Assembly (NCBI GenBank): GCA_964016885.1
Contig: OZ024766.1
Coordinates: 15,562,001-15,626,000, forward strand
From: Eledone cirrhosa
Lineage: Eukaryota
Direction of reading: 5' to 3'
Length of the DNA: 64,000 bases
Shown: positions 61,976 to 64,000 of the stretch, piece by piece
How the letters are laid out: every line of letters starts with the position of its first letter
Numbering within the stretch: position 1 is the first letter of the stretch
The notes under the pieces: generated by a model
Seen by the model: only the letters and a program-made list of their open reading frames with translations
What the model was told of the DNA's origin: nothing
Database searches by the model: none
Made by a program: the position numbers and the translations under genes

Positions 61976-62356
61976 CAAACCAATGATGAAATTTCTGGCA
62001 TAGATTTAAAATTAATTCAAAAAGTCAAGAATAGATCAGAGAAAGATTTTAATTTCAAATGAAAATATATTTGTAAAAATGGCCAACAATGTTTGGAGTC
62101 TATCAAACTGCCAAGTATTCACATTTGATATTGGTGGAAAATAAGTTTAGATTTGTAAGAGGAAGGATGTCTCATGTTTCACAGTTAAAAACTTTCCTTC
62201 CTCTCTATGTTTGTGTCTAAATAACTGTTAGAGAAAAAACATTTCCCACATATTTCATTGTGTAAAACGTTTTTCACCAGTGTGTGTTATTTTGTGTTTA
62301 TTATATTCACTGTTACTAATGAAAGATTTCCCACATATTTCACAGTGATAGGGTTT

Positions 62357-63151
62357 CTATCCAGTATGTGTTCTTTTGTGTTTAGTTAAGACATTACTCC
62401 TGCCAAAAGATTTCCCACATATTTCACAGTGATAGGGTCTCTCTCCTGTATGTGTTCTTTTGTGTTTATTATAATTACTGTTACTAATAAAAGATTTCCC
62501 ACATATTTTACAGTGGAAAGGCTTTTCTCCTGTGTGAGTACGTATGTGGACAATGAGATCAGGAGAATTTGTAAAAGATTTCCCACATATTTCACAGTGA
62601 TAGGGTTTCTCTCCAGTATGTGTTCTTTTATGTATAGTTAAATCACTGCTTTTTACAAACACTTTCCCACATATTTCACAATGGAAGTATTTCTCTCCAG
62701 TGTGTCTTCTTCTGTGAACTATAAGAACAGCATTATGAGCAAAATATTTCCCACATATTTCACATTGATAGGGTTTCTCTCCAGTGTGTCTTCTTCTGTG
62801 AACTATAAGAGCAGTACTATCAGCAAAATATTTCCCACATATATCATAGTGAAAAGGTTTCTCTCCGGTGTGAATACGTATATGCCTAACAAAATTGGAA
62901 TTCAGACTGAAAGATTTCCCACATATTTCACAATGATAGGGTTTGTCTTTAGTATGTATGTGTTTGTGTGTAGATAATTCATCTTCTGATGAGAAAGTTT
63001 TCCTACAAATCTCACAGCTATATTCAGGAATATTTCTGTGTAATGATCCTTGTTCAGTACATGTTTCACTAGGTAAAGGTTTCTCACCACTGTATGTCTG
63101 TGTAACTCTATCTATATTGGTAGAAATGTCCAAGGGTTTAACATCTTCCAT
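62357..63151 (-). CDS. C2H2 zinc-finger protein copy D (8 fingers, finger 3 Cys->Tyr; premature TAG followed by a ninth intact finger)
   Basis: 264-aa ORF ends HTG* where the linker is normally TGEKP; the frame is also open upstream to the (TA)n at ~63235, so it may be a spliced exon. Confidence 0.75.
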   Translation of the reverse strand: MEDVKPLDISTNIDRVTQTYSGEKPLPSETCTEQGSLHRNIPEYSCEICRKTFSSEDELSTHKHIHTKDKPYHCEICGKSFSLNSNFVRHIRIHTGEKPFHYDICGKYFADSTALIVHRRRHTGEKPYQCEICGKYFAHNAVLIVHRRRHTGEKYFHCEICGKVFVKSSDLTIHKRTHTGEKPYHCEICGKSFTNSPDLIVHIRTHTGEKPFHCKICGKSFISNSNYNKHKRTHTGERPYHCEICGKSFGRSNVLTKHKRTHTG

Positions 63152-63462
63152 TGTAATTCTTAAAGAATTCTCAAAACTCGAGATATTACAATGTACGAGT
63201 AATTTGTGGTAAGAAATGGCCCTCTATGTACTTATATATATATATATATATATATATTTCGTTTCTGAATTTGTTTAGCAAGATTCTTTATCTGAAAACG
63301 TGTGTTGAAACCGATATTGTTATGCTTTGGGAGGGTCATGTTGCCAATAAGAAACACACGCACCAGTTGCTTTCACTTCAATTTATTATAATAAATTTAT
63401 AAATTTAGGAATTTATAAATTTCCGGTTGGTTGGTTCCACAACCAGATGGTTGTTTATATAT

Positions 63463-63508
63463 TGTCAAAGTTCTTTCGTCACACATTCTGTGACCTCTTC
63501 AGTGACTG
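63463..63508 (-). ncRNA. Minimal hammerhead-like motif in a Penelope-type terminal repeat fragment
   Basis: Minus strand gtca-CTGAAGA-g gtcaca gaatg tgtgac-GAAA-gaac-TT-tgac. Confidence 0.55.
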
Positions 63509-64000
63509 TGGATTCTTTTCTTTGTTTTTGAGCCTCTCCTTTGTTCTGTCCTACGCCATTTTGTTTCTGTGTGTGTGTTGTGTGCTCAGTTGGCGCATGC
63601 GCCGCATCCGGGTGTCTGTGTGTGTTTATATTCGTTTATTTATTTGTTTATTTACATGTTACAGGTTGGTTGTTTGTTCTATGTGCGTGTGTGTTTTCAT
63701 TTTGTCCTTAATTGTAAGTTGTAATGTCACATGTGAATTATTTCTAAAAGAAAGTCATAATTTCAACTGTCATGAAAGTACCATCAACAAATATTAAAGT
63801 TATAAAATTGTTTTTATTTACACATAAATGTGGATATTTTGTCACAAATATAAATATAAACCAGTTAGTGTTTGTAAAATAAACACATATAAACACATCA
63901 ATCTTGTTTTGTTTTTCTTGCACTGATGTAGTCATAGGGGTGTCACTGTGGACAATTGAAGCTTGGTGGAACCCTTCACTCTCCAGGTTGGAACTGTTGA

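Overview
This is AT-rich, microsatellite-laden animal genomic DNA. It is most likely a coleoid cephalopod such as Octopus, inferred from the [13 protein letters not shown] zinc-finger style, the SINE families and the (TA)n density; this was not verified by search. The backbone is a duplicated cluster of effector-less C2H2 zinc-finger units: one intact 12-finger ORF (27188-28216), one 8-finger ORF stopped by an in-frame TAG (62357-63151), two 3-finger paralogs in an inverted duplication (773-985, 16323-16574) and decayed remnants. The cluster is heavily invaded by mobile DNA. This includes two RTE-clade LINE families carrying a PHD-type finger inside the RT domain (one with an open 1013-codon ORF), their partner SINEs, two Penelope-like (Naiad-like) retroelements with hammerhead ribozymes, a CRE-like fragment, a Gypsy integrase remnant, solo LTRs, non-autonomous Helitrons, and hAT and Tc1-type MITEs. 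The most striking patterns are: (1) several minisatellites expanded from inside transposon coding sequence or from a single-copy paralogous site; (2) a hammerhead with a ~100-nt stem II in an inverted pair; (3) an RTE family whose 3' UTR is a captured SINE-like module; (4) a PRDM9-like homogenised finger array that varies at DNA-contact residues; and (5) ZNF lesions (TAT for Cys, TAG stop) that A-to-I editing could repair. All alignments were done by eye, so boundaries are approximate to a few bases.
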